Origin: Guillardia theta CCMP2712
Taxonomy: Eukaryota; Protista; Cryptophyta
Length of the DNA stretch: 64,000 nt
Reading direction: 5' to 3'
NCBI RefSeq assembly: GCF_000315625.1
Contig: NW_005434664.1
Coordinates: 62,001-126,000 of the forward strand
The translations under genes and the position numbers were made by a program. The notes beneath the pieces were generated by a model, which saw only the letters and a list, made by a program, of their open reading frames with translations, did not search any database and was not told where the DNA came from. The stretch's first letter is position 1, and every line of letters begins with the position of its first letter. Of this stretch, positions 48,617 to 61,298 are shown piece by piece.

Positions 48617-51016
48617 TCACTGGCGTCGCATTTCCATGGCGTGGTTGAGGCTGCTCGTCCAATTTCGCAAAGCAACGCTGGTATTGAGCATGATTTCTTT
48701 CCACTCTTCGCTGCTGGGGTCCCCTCCAGCCCTAGAGTCGGAAGCCGAGGAGGCAGAGGGAAACCCATTCCTCGCAAACCTTCCCTCCTCCGGCATTGCT
48801 GGTCCGGTGAAACGATCCGAAGAATCTGCTGGTGCAGAAGCAGAAGCTGCAGCTCCAAATGTAACCGAGGAGCCTTCAGCTTGTGGACCGTGCTCTGCTC
48901 TGCTTGCTGGATGGTTAGCACGCGGCCTGCCAGTAGCGATAGAAGGCTGGCCTCCTGCTGCACTTCTTTGTTCTGAACCAGCAGCAAGCCTGCGATTTCT
49001 TGTCCTCACAGCCTCCTCTCGGAGGGAAGAGAAGCTCCTTGCCATCCCTTCACCATCCGCAGACACTGCTTGTGCCTCGCCTTCACAGAGATTTGCACTT
49101 TCTCTTGCAAAATGTAGGGATGATTGTCCAGGCGATGCCTCAGGCTCTTGATCCACTGGGACGTTAGACTGACGCAAAGAATCCGCTTCTTCCCTCCCAT
49201 GATCCTCAGCATTTGTCTGTCGAGATGGCTGCCTAGCAAAAGTTGACGATGTGTATTGGTTTCTCCTCTGTTCTGCTTGTCCTCGTCGGAGAGAACTGGG
49301 CTCATCCACATCGAATTCCATCGCCCTATCCTCTGCCTCATGTGGGCTTGGGCTTCTTTGTCCATTCCGGTTACGCGAGCGAGGTCGGATGGAGGGTTCA
49401 GGCAGACTTGTGAGAGCATCTTGCACGCCAGAGGATCTTAGCGTGTAAGCTGTAGCATCGTTTACAGTCTCGCGTGTCCTTGTCGAGGTGGAAGTTATTA
49501 CTCCGTCCGCCTCACTCAGCTGGTTGAGCCTGCGAACTTTGTCTCTGAACCTGTCAATCGACCGGTCGACATCGGAGTTTCTTGCCACGTTAGTCGCTTT
49601 GTTGGTAAGCATTCGACGGCCGGATAGCAAGGGAGACTTCGTTTTCTTGGGGGAACGTTTCGTGTTCTTCTGAATCTGTTCTGATTTCTTCAAAAATCTT
49701 CCTGCACCGTCTCGTACCCTTTTCTTTGCATTTTGAGAGCAAATCTCACGCTTCTTTGCTGAGCTGTCAGGAGGACCTGTTTTTTGGACGGACTTTGCTT
49801 TCTTGCTCACAGGAAAGCCGAAAAAACTTGTAAATCGAGGGACGATGGGAGACCCTCCACAGTAGTTGCAATAGCACAATTCAAAGGAAATGTTTTCTTC
49901 GTAGTCACCCCACATCACCTCGAGCTGACGCACTGCTCTACAAAGGAGTCAGCAAGTAACGCAGTAATGACCATAACGAATACAACCTTGTGGTCTTCCA
50001 GCCGAATCTCCAGTGTCCATTGATCCTCCATACAAAAAGTTTGCAGTTTACACGATCCGGTTGGCATGTGTGGTTGACATAGTAACCGGCATGAAGCGTC
50101 TGGTCTGATATTTTGCGGCTGAACACGCACTGAAAGAGCGTGTTTGTTGCAAATCGCCGAATGAAGATCGAATCCTCAAGCGATTCTGACCTTGTCTTGG
50201 ACGAGACTGAGCAGTTGTACGCCTCGCCTTTACAAGGCCCACATATCCATGTGTTTGCTGGGATGTCAGAGGTAGCCTGCAAACAGACCCCGATCCCATC
50301 CATGGTGCTGGTTGGCTTGAACCGACTCGAAAATTCGGAAAAGAAAGAGTTCGGACAGTTTGGTCCTTCACCACAGGAATAGCACGGCAGACCATTCTCA
50401 ACATTGACTTCATGAACTCCAGAGATGGTGTGCTTCTCATGAGCCATCGCCGAGCCGTTTCTCATTACAGTGTCAGCAAATTCTTCTAACGAGTTGCCTT
50501 CCGCACTCCCTCCAACAGGTGACTTCCTCAGCGATTGCTTGGTGGATTTTCGTTTGTAGTTCATTTGTCTCGTGGTGCTCAAGAAAGTTCTCTTCGGCCT
50601 TTTCCTCTTGATAACTCTCTCGCCATTGGTACTCGTGCTCATGCGCGGGCCGCACAGTTCTTCATTCGTGCGTAGATTACTGCCAACATCATTTGACATC
50701 TCTGCATTTTGCTGAAGTTGTTGCCCGTCGTTGCTTCCCTCACTTTCCTCATCGTTGTCAGATTCATCTTCTCCAGCACTGAGGTGATTGGCGTTCTCTT
50801 CTGCATCTGTTTCTGTCTGCTCCTCAATCGATGCTTCTTCCTCGCATCCTAGATTCAACGGCAGATTAGAGGGAGTCTTTCACAGAGGCCTCGCCCGACC
50901 CTTATTCCATCCCCGAGCTCACCTGGTTGGTTGTGCTCTGTCGACTTCAAGTTCTCTTCATTGAAAGTGACCGAGTGATCAGTCGATGGCCGATGGGCCT
51001 CCTCGTTTGCTACCAT
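48617..51016 (-). CDS. SET-domain + post-SET protein with long disordered termini
   Basis: GIGVCLQATSDIPANTWI, GYYVNHTCQP..NC, then after an intron AVRQLEVMWGDY..LCYCNYCGG. Start may be 51016 or 51241. Confidence 0.8.
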
Positions 51017-51979
51017 CTCCTCTGAACCTGGTAGCATCAAAGAATCTCTTACTAGTCCCAGAAAACGCTGAATTTTAAGAGAAATGGAAACCGAAAGGCA
51101 AGGGAGGAAACCTGAAAGATCAAGGCAAAGGGAAGAGTAAGCAGAAGACAGGGGTTTAACCCTGCAAAAAAAACAAAAATGATTGTGTTTCCATACTTTC
51201 TCATTTGCTTCGATCTTTATCTTTACTGTTCTAATATTCATCTCTCCCGTTCCACCTCTCTCATTTTTCTTTGTTTCTCTTCCTTCACTCTGTTCTGCTC
51301 CCCTTCAATTCTTGCGGCCCATCTGCTCTTCCTCCCTCGAACCTGGTCACAGGCAATTCCTTCTCCTCCCCTCCCCTTCATCCTACTCCTCTCATCTCCT
51401 TTCCTCTCATCTCCTTTCCTCTCCTCTCCTCTCCTTTCCTCTCCTCTCCTCTCCACTCGCCTCTCCTCTCCTCTCCTATTGCCGAGGTTTCTTAGCTACT
51501 AGGGAATGTTTTGCATCTCTAACGGGTGGGGTGATGAAGTACCGGGTAGTTTCAATACAAAATGATATATAATGAGGGGGTTAGAGTTGCAAGGGGTAGT
51601 ATGAATCGAAACATTGGGGGTGGGGGATATTTGCGGCCCCCTTCCCCGCTCACACACGAACTCCAAGAACAAAGAAATGAGTTTGAATTGAATCCCCACC
51701 ACGCCGCGAATCCATGGCGTGTAGACAGTGGCTAGATGCAGGGAGGGGGCGGGAGAGCGAAGCAAGGAGTAGAGTTATGGTAGCAGGAGTTTGGAATGCA
51801 AACTTAGTATGACTCCAGAGTGCTCCAGCAAAAGAAGATGTCAAATTTCTTTTCAGTGCCTGGGATGTAGTTACCAGGTGGATCTGATCGAAGTAGATGA
51901 TTTCAAGATGCGTTGAGATATCTGAAAATGTCAGTGTCGCTGAATGATATTTCGATGTCTTGACAGGCACTAGCTGTGG

Positions 51980-54900
51980 AACTGAGCAGGGATGGAGGAA
52001 GCGAACCATGACAGCATCTTTCAAGACCTGCAAAACGAAATCTCAAGCCTTCGACTGGAACAACTACAGGTTGCAAGCGGGGTTGTTCTTGAATTCATGC
52101 TGAACTGCAAGCTAGGAGGAAGAAGGAGATGATTTCAGCCTAGAAAATATCCATTTCACTTTCAGTCTGGATCGGCATGTGGCGTCTTTGATGAATGACC
52201 TCCACCAAGTGCTTGCAAGCATTCTGACCACTGCTGAAACACTAGCTTCATCGGAAGTTTCATCGTCGATATGGAATGCTGTGAGGAAATCGGTGGACCC
52301 GAAGCTGCTAGGAAGTTTCTTGCATCACATCTGCAAGGTAGCTGAGCATGGTCTTGGAGTCACCACCTTGACATGTGACCTTCAGTCGGGAACACAAAAG
52401 TTCCAGAAGAATGCAGAGGAAGGGAAGAGTGATCTCGACCTTGCTCACTTGTCTGCTGCCCTCTATCTTTGCTTGATGCGCATTCCTGGATCTCGATCCA
52501 ACTTCTATGATGAGTTTGCGATGCACTACATGCTGAAGAGCTTGATGTTTGGAGCGGAACCATGCAATGAGAAGCAAGAGAAGAAAACGAAGACGAGGAA
52601 GAGAAGAGCCGTCGCTATGGATGAGAGCTTGGATGAGCATGTTGAGAGTGTTACCTAGTGATAATCTGCCATGATTCTAATCGCAGGACGAAGAAGATGA
52701 CGATATGATCGAGGATAGGGTGCGGGGGGGTTCTTTTGTGAACAGCGAGCATTGTTGGGATCAAGCCTTCAAGCAAGCTCGAATGTTCGTCGAACATGTC
52801 TCGTTGCAGACGATGATGGAGACACACGAATTGATTGCTGAGGTAAGATCTTACTTGTGCTCTGTATCTCTTTGACTCTCGGGGAAGATCTCAACACACG
52901 TTGCTATCACATGCGGTGGTAGTCGACAGGCGGATGCGATCGCCTGCATTGTCGATCTTCTTGGCTCGAAACACGGACATGCAGACACGACTAGCAAGGT
53001 TGCACTCAGAAGTCTTTGATGGATGGGACGGGAAGAGAAGGAGAGGAGATGGAGATGAGGAGATCCAACGATGAAAGAGAAGGGGAGTGAACATTAGATA
53101 AAACAAGCAAAAGAAAGGGAGGATGGAAGGAGAAGAGGACGAAGTTGAGCATGTAAGTGATTTGATTGCAGTCTGTGATCAAGCAGCTTCTACCTTGGAT
53201 ATTGAAACCAGCGCTATCAAACAACACGGTAATCTTTCATGCCGTAATGATATTGTCATGATGCACTCTGGCTTTTTCTTGATATCTGACTGTCTTCTAA
53301 ACGATTCTCAATTGTTTGTTTTCCTAACTAGCCTGCATAAAGAACTCTTCTATCGTCAACATCGTCGATCATTGTCTTCAAGAGTCAGATGTTTTGAAGC
53401 ACAGTCCAGACGAAGAAGGAAACGGAAAAGGAAGCAGCGCAGTCGATGGACAAGGGGAGAAGCAAGCTGAGGAACAAGACAGAGGCGAGGAAAGAGCTGC
53501 TGCAGCAGGGGGGGAGGATCGAGGACTCGGACTGCTCCTCGCCAACCTCATCGTCCTCTGTCAGCAAGCAAGTGTGAGGGTTATTGACAGAGCTCCTATC
53601 CGAGCCCAGGTCAGTCTCCCTGCCCCCCCCCTCCTCTCCTCCTTCCCTGCCTCTCAACGCTCCTCCTGCATCAGGTGGCTGGAATCATCTGCAGGATCCT
53701 CGAGCTCATGGCAGCGAGAGGAGGGCAGCAGTTCCTCAGCTGCTACGTGAGGTAAAGAGGCGAAGACACCAGAGGAGGAGAAGGGGGCTGGAGGGTGCAA
53801 GAGGCAAGTGGGTAAACCGTCTTGCTAAACTCCGGCTGCAGGTTTGCGTGCAAGTTGTCGAGGCACGAGAAGCAGTCGACGAGGATGTTTGCGGTGGAGG
53901 TGGCAGGGAGCTTGCTGCTGTCAGAGGGGTGAGATGAGAGGAGAGGAGAAGGCTGAGGGTGGCACTGACTTCTAGTAACCCTCAAGGATGGGAAAGACCG
54001 GCGGAGAGAGTGATGAAGGCCCTTCGGAGGAGAAGGACGGAAGAAGAAGTCAGCACTTCCGGGAAGTCAACGCGCCATTGCTCCGTATGCTGCTGCAGGT
54101 TCTCCTTCTCCTCCTCTCTCCTCCTCTCTCCTCCTCTCTCCTCCTCCTCCTCTCTTCTTCTCCTTCTCCTATCTTCTCCTCCTCCTTCTCCTCCTCCTCT
54201 CTTCTTCTCCTTCTCCTATCTTCTCCTCCTCCTATCTCTACCTTCTCTCTTCTTCTCCTTCTCCTATCTTCTCCTCCTCCTATCTCCTCCTCCTATCGCC
54301 TCCTCCTTCTCCTCCTTCTCCTATCTTCGTCTCCTCCTCCTCCCTTGTCCTCCTCCTCTCTTCTTCTGCTTCTCTTCTCTTCTCCTCCTCCTCCTCGCTT
54401 CTTCTTCTCCTCCTCCTCGCTTCTTCTCCTCCTCTCTCCTCCTCTCTTCTCCTCTTCTTCTCTTCTTCTCCTCCTCCTCTAACTTGCTGTCTTTCTCTCA
54501 TCTCCTCCTCTGCCAACTTTCTTGCTGTCAGCGATGCTCGGACAAGATGCCATCAGTGCGAGCCAAGGCGATTGCCAACCTTGCGTGCGTGATGGAGCGA
54601 GAGGAGCTGCTGCATGCGGTGAGAACGAGGGGGGGGGGAGGGGCAGGCACGGGGTTGATATCGTTGGGCAGCTGCTGCAACACATGCAGGAGGAGCAGGG
54701 AGCAGGAGACTTGTCGACAATGTCAAGAGATCTCAATCAGACCTCCGAGCAAGAGGTCAAGTTGCAGCTCGACTCACTCATGGACATCATGAAGAGGAGA
54801 AGTGAAGATAGCAAAAGTTTTGTCCGCAAGTCCTCCGTGCAGGTCCCCCATCCTCCTACTCCCTCTACCTCTCCTCCCCTCCCTCCTCACATCTCCTCGA

Positions 54901-57900
54901 AGCCGATGGACTCCGCAGGTGCTGGAGGTATTGTTGAGGCACAGGATCGAGGCTGGAGAGGAAGAAAGCTCTCTGCTGCAGGACGTGAAGCTGCTCACGA
55001 AGCGATGCACAGACATCTCGGTGATCCTATCGTGCTGGGGAGGCGTGGAGGGAAAGGCGGGGAGGGAAAACGGGGGGGGGGAGGGGGAGGAGGAGGAGGA
55101 GGAGGAGGAGGAGGAGGAGGAGGAGATGATTTGTTTGCGCAGGTGCTAGTGCGGAAGCAAGCTCTGGACTCGGTCACAAACCTCCTTCAGGAGGCAGCAC
55201 AGCAAGAGAAGTCGGTGGTTCCTGCCCTCTGCTCTTGCTGGCTTAGCAGCTGCCTCCCTCTTGTTAAGGATCAGGTCTTGTCCCAATTCTAACATTCCCT
55301 CCCTCCTGCTCCTGCTCCTCTTTCCCTTCTTCCTTTCCTCGCTTTTACCTGCTCTTGCTTTCCTCTCCTGATCCTCCTTTCTGTGCTTCATTCTTCCTCA
55401 TCTTAGAACAGGAGCCAACGGTCCAGGAAAGGATTCTTGAGGCTGTCTGCTTCTTCCTCCTGCATCCCCTCAACCAGCCGAGCTCTCACCCCATGCAAGG
55501 GGCGACCCGCGCACTCCTCCTCCTCTCCACCGACGTTGGCAGCTTCTGTCCTCTCCTCCTCCTCTGACTCTCGCGTAGGAACAGGTCGCTCTCCTCCAGG
55601 TCGCCTGCCGCATCCTGGGGAGGAGGAAGCCCAGCGGGCTGCCGTCAGGGCTGACGAGGAAGATGATGACGCGGCTGAAGGCGATCAGCGAGGAGGAGAA
55701 GGAGGAAGAGACGAGAATCGGTGAGGAGCAAGAGGAGAGAGTTGCGAGCTCTGACGACGAGCAAGATGTCACCATGTGGAGACTCATCGAGGAAATCGCA
55801 TGCCTGCAGCCCGCAGGACTCGATTCTTCAGTCCTCCTACACACCTACCAGCAAGGTCCTCCTCCTCACTCCGCCCCCCTCCTCCGAGTCCTCACCTTCC
55901 TGATCCTCTTCCTGATCCTCTTCCTGATCCTCATTCTCATCGGTTCTGCCCACAGGTTGTCCTGTGCGGCAGGGAGCAGCTCTCCGTCTTGCTACGAGGG
56001 CGGCAGCGCATCTCTCAGACGATTGTGTTGCCTCCCTCCTCGAATCGCTCCAGCTGCACCTCAAGCATGCTGACAGCCCTCCCCAGCTGCTCCATGACAT
56101 GGTTGTCCACCATCTTCTGTCTCCTCCCCTCGCTCTGATCTTCTATACCTCGCCCTTATCATCCTTCCTCCTCTGTCTCTCCTTCCTTGTTCCTGTCTCT
56201 CTCTCCCCCTTCCTCTATCCCTCTCCCTCTGCTTCCATTTTCAGTTGCCCTTCATGGGTCTCTCCCAGGCTCTCTCCACCTTCTCCCTCCTCCTCAAGTT
56301 TCTCAGCTCATTGTGCTGGCAGTGCAAGGCAGCTTTCAGCCTGTCGAGGCGGGAAACCCGCAACCCTCAGCTCGACCCCAGCTGGGCACAAAGGATCTGC
56401 AACTCTAGCCTCCAGCGCCTCCAGCCGTTTGTGCAGCGAAGGCTGAAGGGAGCGAAAGGGAGGGAGGGGGAGGAGGAGGAGCGGATGGTGCGCACGGTGT
56501 TTGTGGTGGGAGCTATGGCGCTCGAGGGTGCGAAGATCTCCACCACGCTGAGCAACACGATCCAAGCGCTGCTGAGGCCTGCCAACCAAGTGCGAGAGGA
56601 GGAAGAGGATGGAGCAGAACAGGTGAGAGGACGGAGGATGGGATTAGCAAGCTGACGTTGACCTTCCTTCCTCCCTCCTTCCGCCCTCGCCCTACAGGAG
56701 CTGCAGTCGCACGTCCTCATAGCGTTGGGAAAGATGTGCATGCAGGATGCATCCCTTGCCTCCAAGTGAGAACATCTCCTTTCATTTCATCCTCATCCTC
56801 CTCCTCCTCCTCCTCCTCCTCCTCCTCCTATCTTCCATCAGCCTAATCTTCTCCCTCCGACTGCTTCTCCTAGAACGCCTCCCCCCCCTCTCTTCTCCTC
56901 TCCTCTTCTTCGCCTGACTGCTCTTCACAGGATGAGTTCAGTTTTCTTCCGCGAGCTGCAGCTGACGAGCTCTCCGGTCATCCGCAACAATCTCCTCGTC
57001 ATTCTCTCCGACCTCTGCGTCCGTTTCACTTCCCTCGTCGACCCTCACGTCTCCAAGCTCGCCTCCTGCCTTCGGGACCCTAACGCCATCCTTCGTCAGC
57101 ACGCGCTGGTTGCTCCTCCTTGCAACTCCTCTTGCCCCACACCCCCTCTTTCTTCCCTTGCTTCTTCTTTCACACCACAGCCTCCCTCTCTCCCTCTTCC
57201 TCCCTCCCTCTCCTCCCCTCCCTCACCACCTCGCTCATCTATCGTTGCCCTCCTCTGCTTCTATCCGTGTTCTCCGTGCCTGACTGGAATCGCAGACGCT
57301 CATCACCACTCTGCTCTGTACCGACTACGTCAAGTGGAAAGGCGCTCTCTTCTTCCGCTACATCCTCGCTCTCGTCGACGAAAATGAAGTCATCCGCGAC
57401 CAGGTCCTTCTCAACATCCTCCTTTCCCTCTTCTCCCTCCCTACGTATCTACCTACGCACCTCCCTCCTCCTCCTCCTCCTCCTCCTCCTCCTCCTCCTC
57501 CTCCTCCTATCCTCCCAACACCTCATTTTCTCTTCCCTTTTCCCTTTTCTCCTGACTTTCTCTCGTCTCTTCTTTTCAACATGTGACCATGGAGCAGGCG
57601 CGCAAGCAACTGTTCAACGTGCTGCTTCCCAAGAGCGGGCACCAGATCTGCTCGGCCCATCTGGTTGAATCTCTCTTCGTCCTCAACGACTTCACCTCCC
57701 ACGAGTCCTTCAACCGCTTCAAGGCCTCCCCCGAGGAGAGAACTCGCTTCTCCCTCCCGGGCAAGGGAGACAACCAGAGGAGGAGGAGGGAGATCTACAC
57801 TCTCATGCTCGCCCACTGCTCCGACGAGCAGAAGTTTCAGATCACCGCCAAGCTCTGCGAGGAGGTGCTTGGAGCCGTCGCCGACGGGACCATGGGCCTG

Positions 57901-58530
57901 CATGCTGCGGAGGACGTGCTGGGAGACGCACTCTACCTGCTCTCGAGCAAGGAGATCAAACTCTCGGCCTTGCAGAAGACCAAGGCAGGAGACGAAGAGC
58001 GGGAGGAGGAGGTAGCGCAGGCAGCGGCAACAGCAGCAAGGAACAAGCTGCTGAGCCAGGTGGTGAAGAAGAACGTGATGCAGAACGTGGTGCCGACGTT
58101 GGCAGGGCTGAAGGTGGTGCTGGAGGAGCAGCACTCGAGCCTCCTCGGCGACCTCATGCGCTGCTTCTCCTCCCTCCTGCGCGAGTTCCGCTCCGAGATC
58201 GACGACATCCTCGCGTCCAACCGGCAGCTCGCCTCAGAGCTCCTCTACGACCTCCGTCTGGAGGAGACTCGACCGCGTGCTGAGGAGGCGGCGGGAGGCG
58301 GCGGGGAAGCGACCGGCAGCTCGTTACTCTGCTCTCCGGGCACGAGCCGCTCACAGCAGGCGGCAACTCCGCTCTCCATCCCCAAGCTGAACCAGAGCGC
58401 GGCGAAGAGCGCGGGGAAAGGGATGGCAGAGAAGAGGAGGGGAGAACTGGAGGAGACCTCAAAGCGGATCGAGTTCAACGACGAGAACGAGGACCCACGG
58501 AGACGATCGAAGAGGGCGAGGAGAAGCTGA
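51980..58530 (+). CDS. NCAPD3: Condensin II complex subunit D3 (HEAT repeats), many exons; 5' end approximate
   Basis: RCSDKMPSVRAKAIANLA; RRSEDSKSFVRKSSVQ; ALGKMCMQDASLA; VIRNNLLVILSDLCVRFTSLVDPHV..CLRDP; DYVKWKGALFFRY; HLVESLFVLND; FSLPG...RREIY; KKNVMQNVVP..LK..LE; LASNRQLASELLYD. Confidence 0.93.
54098..54480. repeat. CT-rich low-complexity tract within an expanded NCAPD3 intron
   Basis: Almost pure C/T, degenerate (CCT)/(CTT)/(CTCCT) units. Confidence 0.9.
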
Positions 58531-58567
58531 GAATGTACACTAGCACAGGAAGGCGAAGAAAAGACGC

Positions 58568-60613
58568 TCACTCTCCCTGCTTCCTCCCCTCCAGCTTGGC
58601 AAGAAACTCGTCGAGCACGTGGAGCTTCTTGTGCATCTCCGTGAGCTGAAGACAAATCAGGAAGGAGGAGGAGGAGGAGGAGACGCAGACAGACCTTGCG
58701 AGGGGTGAGCGACCCACTTGCAACTCTACACGCCCCTGTAAGCTTCATAAACTAACAGATCACCGTCCTCACCTTGCCAGCCTCTCTCGCTCCTCCTTCA
58801 CAAACTCCTCCCCCTGAGCGAGAAGATGAGAAAAGCAAGGAAGAAATGGTCATCTGCCTACCCTCTCAAGCACTCTTTGCATCAGGTGGATGTAGTAAGA
58901 CCCATCCTGCGCGTGAGGAGCTTCCTGCAGCAATCACTGAGAAGGCTGACAAGCCTCGTCGCTACCCTACGAGATGCTCCAGTTGTTCTTGTGCTGCTGC
59001 AATCTTGAGCTCAAGTCAGTGACAGCCGTCGATGTCAGCAAGTCGCACTTGTTTCGGGTCTCGATCTCTTAGGAAATCTTCAACATGACGGTCGAGAGAC
59101 GCCACGATCCCCGCCTGCATCCAGTTGCCCTTCACCGACCAGCACAGGCAAGCAGCAAGCGTCTACCTCTTCTCTCAGTCCTCCCCCCAACTTCCGCAGC
59201 GTCCCAGCATGGCGGTTCACAAAATCGATCATCGACTCGGCATCCCTTCCAGCAACAGTCAGCTTTGCCTTGCCTCCTCTACTCCACTGCACCTTCCGCC
59301 ATCGTACACAATTCCCCCCTGGTTGCACGTCAGCAAGGGGAGGGACACAAGGAGGATCAGTTTGAAGCATCTGACCTTGGAAGCGTTGGAATAAAGCTTG
59401 ATTGTAGGATAACTCTCTACTCCGTGCTGCTCCGCCCGACATCAGTCACTGTCTTCTTGCAGGGCCACATACCTTCTTCGCCAGCTCAAGATTGCTGTCA
59501 GCGTTGAACTTGGCTATCACCACCTTGCATCTGATCACCGACAAACCAAGACACACGCTGCTTACCGAGCTTTCATGCCGGAACGCCACCGCCACCCTCT
59601 CAAACTCCGGCATGAGTCGCTTGCAGTGGGAACACCATGGAGCGTAGAAACTGCACGTGAAGATGGTGAGGATCTACCGAAGGGACCCGAGCATACATGA
59701 ACATACTTGATTAGCATGAACATTCCACTGTCAAGAGTCAGGGTTTGAAGGCTGTTGTCATCTAAATCTACAGTCTTCTGCGGGGACAGGTAATCAACAG
59801 AGAGCTGGTTTTCGCCTGTTCTCCTTACCCGGGCAGGTTTCAAGTACTTGACAGCATTTCCTGTCTGAGAGTTGAGATATTTCACCTTTCACCACATCAA
59901 AACTTCAAAATCGAAGAGTTCTCAAGTCAGTCACCATGGTCTCAGCATCTCGTTCGCCCATATAAGTATCCGACGGAATCTTTGCTCCTCTCGGGAAGAA
60001 TTTAATCGTGGGATATCCGTTCACTTCGAATTTGCTGTTGACGCATCACACACTTCCTCACTAAGACAGCAGGAGACACTCTCACTCTCTGACAGAGCGG
60101 TACTGGTCCGCATCGATCCTGGCGATAATGGTGTTTGCTACCGGCTGGGCGGATTTTTAACTACTGCAGCAAGCAGCTTTCAATTCTGACCTTGTACAAC
60201 TTGGCCAAATCTTCGTAGTGCTCCTCCATGAGCCGGCAGTGTCCGCACCTGAGAATTCCTTTCCTTTCAGACCGAGGACTGGCTCACTTGTGAGATACCA
60301 TGGTGCATAAAATTGGACCAAGACGTTGTTTGAGCCATCAATCACCTCGTAAAAGTTGCTTTCCGTGAGCTCTTTTATCATACCATAAGTTGGAACCATC
60401 CCTTGCAGAATCAACTGCAACTCACATCGTTACGATCGCGCCTCTACCAGTTTCCCGTTCCTCCTATTCCCTTGCTCTCTCCCTCTATGCTTCCTCCCTC
60501 CCCTGCCCTCTCTCTCTCCCTTGCCTCCTCCCTTGCCTCCTCCAAACATCTTGCTCCTTCGCTCTGCCTGCCATCTTCTACCAACTTACCGCAACAAGCA
60601 TCATCCTCGCCAT
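58568..60613 (-). CDS. Protein disulfide isomerase, a-a'-D type (two thioredoxin domains + ERp29-like helical C-terminus)
   Basis: Signal-like MARMMLVA|LILQGMVPTYG; ELTESNF..VLVQFYAPW|CGHC; FEVNGYPTIKFFP; second site FYAPWCSHCK; YGVESYPTIKLY; GSYYIHLMQRVLE; ends LHVLDEFLAKLEGRKQGE* with no KDEL. Confidence 0.88.
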
Positions 60614-60664
60614 CACCGTCGCTCCCTCGCTCATTCCCATTTCCTCCACGTCTGTCCTGATCCT

Positions 60665-60835
60665 GGACTGCCAGCTAGCCGGTCTCAGTCGCTGGTGACT
60701 GTGAGCCCCGGCTTGGCCCAGGCTGACTCTGTGAATCACGGCCGGGGGGGACGCGGGGCCCCTGCCGGCTGCCGTCTCGGTGGCCACGGGCCCCGCAGCC
60801 ACCTAGTGACGAGGCTGTCACTGACTACCAGGTTA
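60665..60835. promoter_or_regulatory. GC-rich island between divergent genes
   Basis: CCGG/GGCC-rich, with GTGACT/GTCACT words. Confidence 0.4.
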
Positions 60836-61298
60836 CTGTGACCTCTTTACTCAAAGGTAAGTTGTGAGAGTCGTCTTGATTGGTTCATCAAAACGAGAGA
60901 ATGTTCTTTAGAAAGGATCATTTCTTCCACCTTCATCAAGGTGGATGATATGAAGGTGGAGCATCAAGGTGGATGATAAGTACAAGAGAGGAGCAAGCAA
61001 GGAACAGCATCACAGTTTTTGTCTTCACATCACAAAGGAAACATGTGCTGTGACCCGATCTGTGCCGGCAGGACAGACTTTAGTGCCTCGAGCTCCAGCT
61101 ATTGTTTGATCTGAGGGGGACTTGAAATACTATTTGAAAGATGCGGGACCTACTAACGCATTCTGAAACAGCAATGGCGGGTTGTTGACGAGACATGGTG
61201 GAAGGGAAAGAGGACAAGGCGCGCCAAGTCTGCCTCACGTCCCCCCTGTAGCTCCTCCTCCTCCTCCTCCTCCTCCTCCCTCCTCCTTCTCAAAAAGC

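Noticed and set aside
48200-51700. Transposon carrying the SET gene (also considered for the Ulp1 gene)
   Set aside because: No transposase, terminal inverted repeats or target-site duplications were seen.
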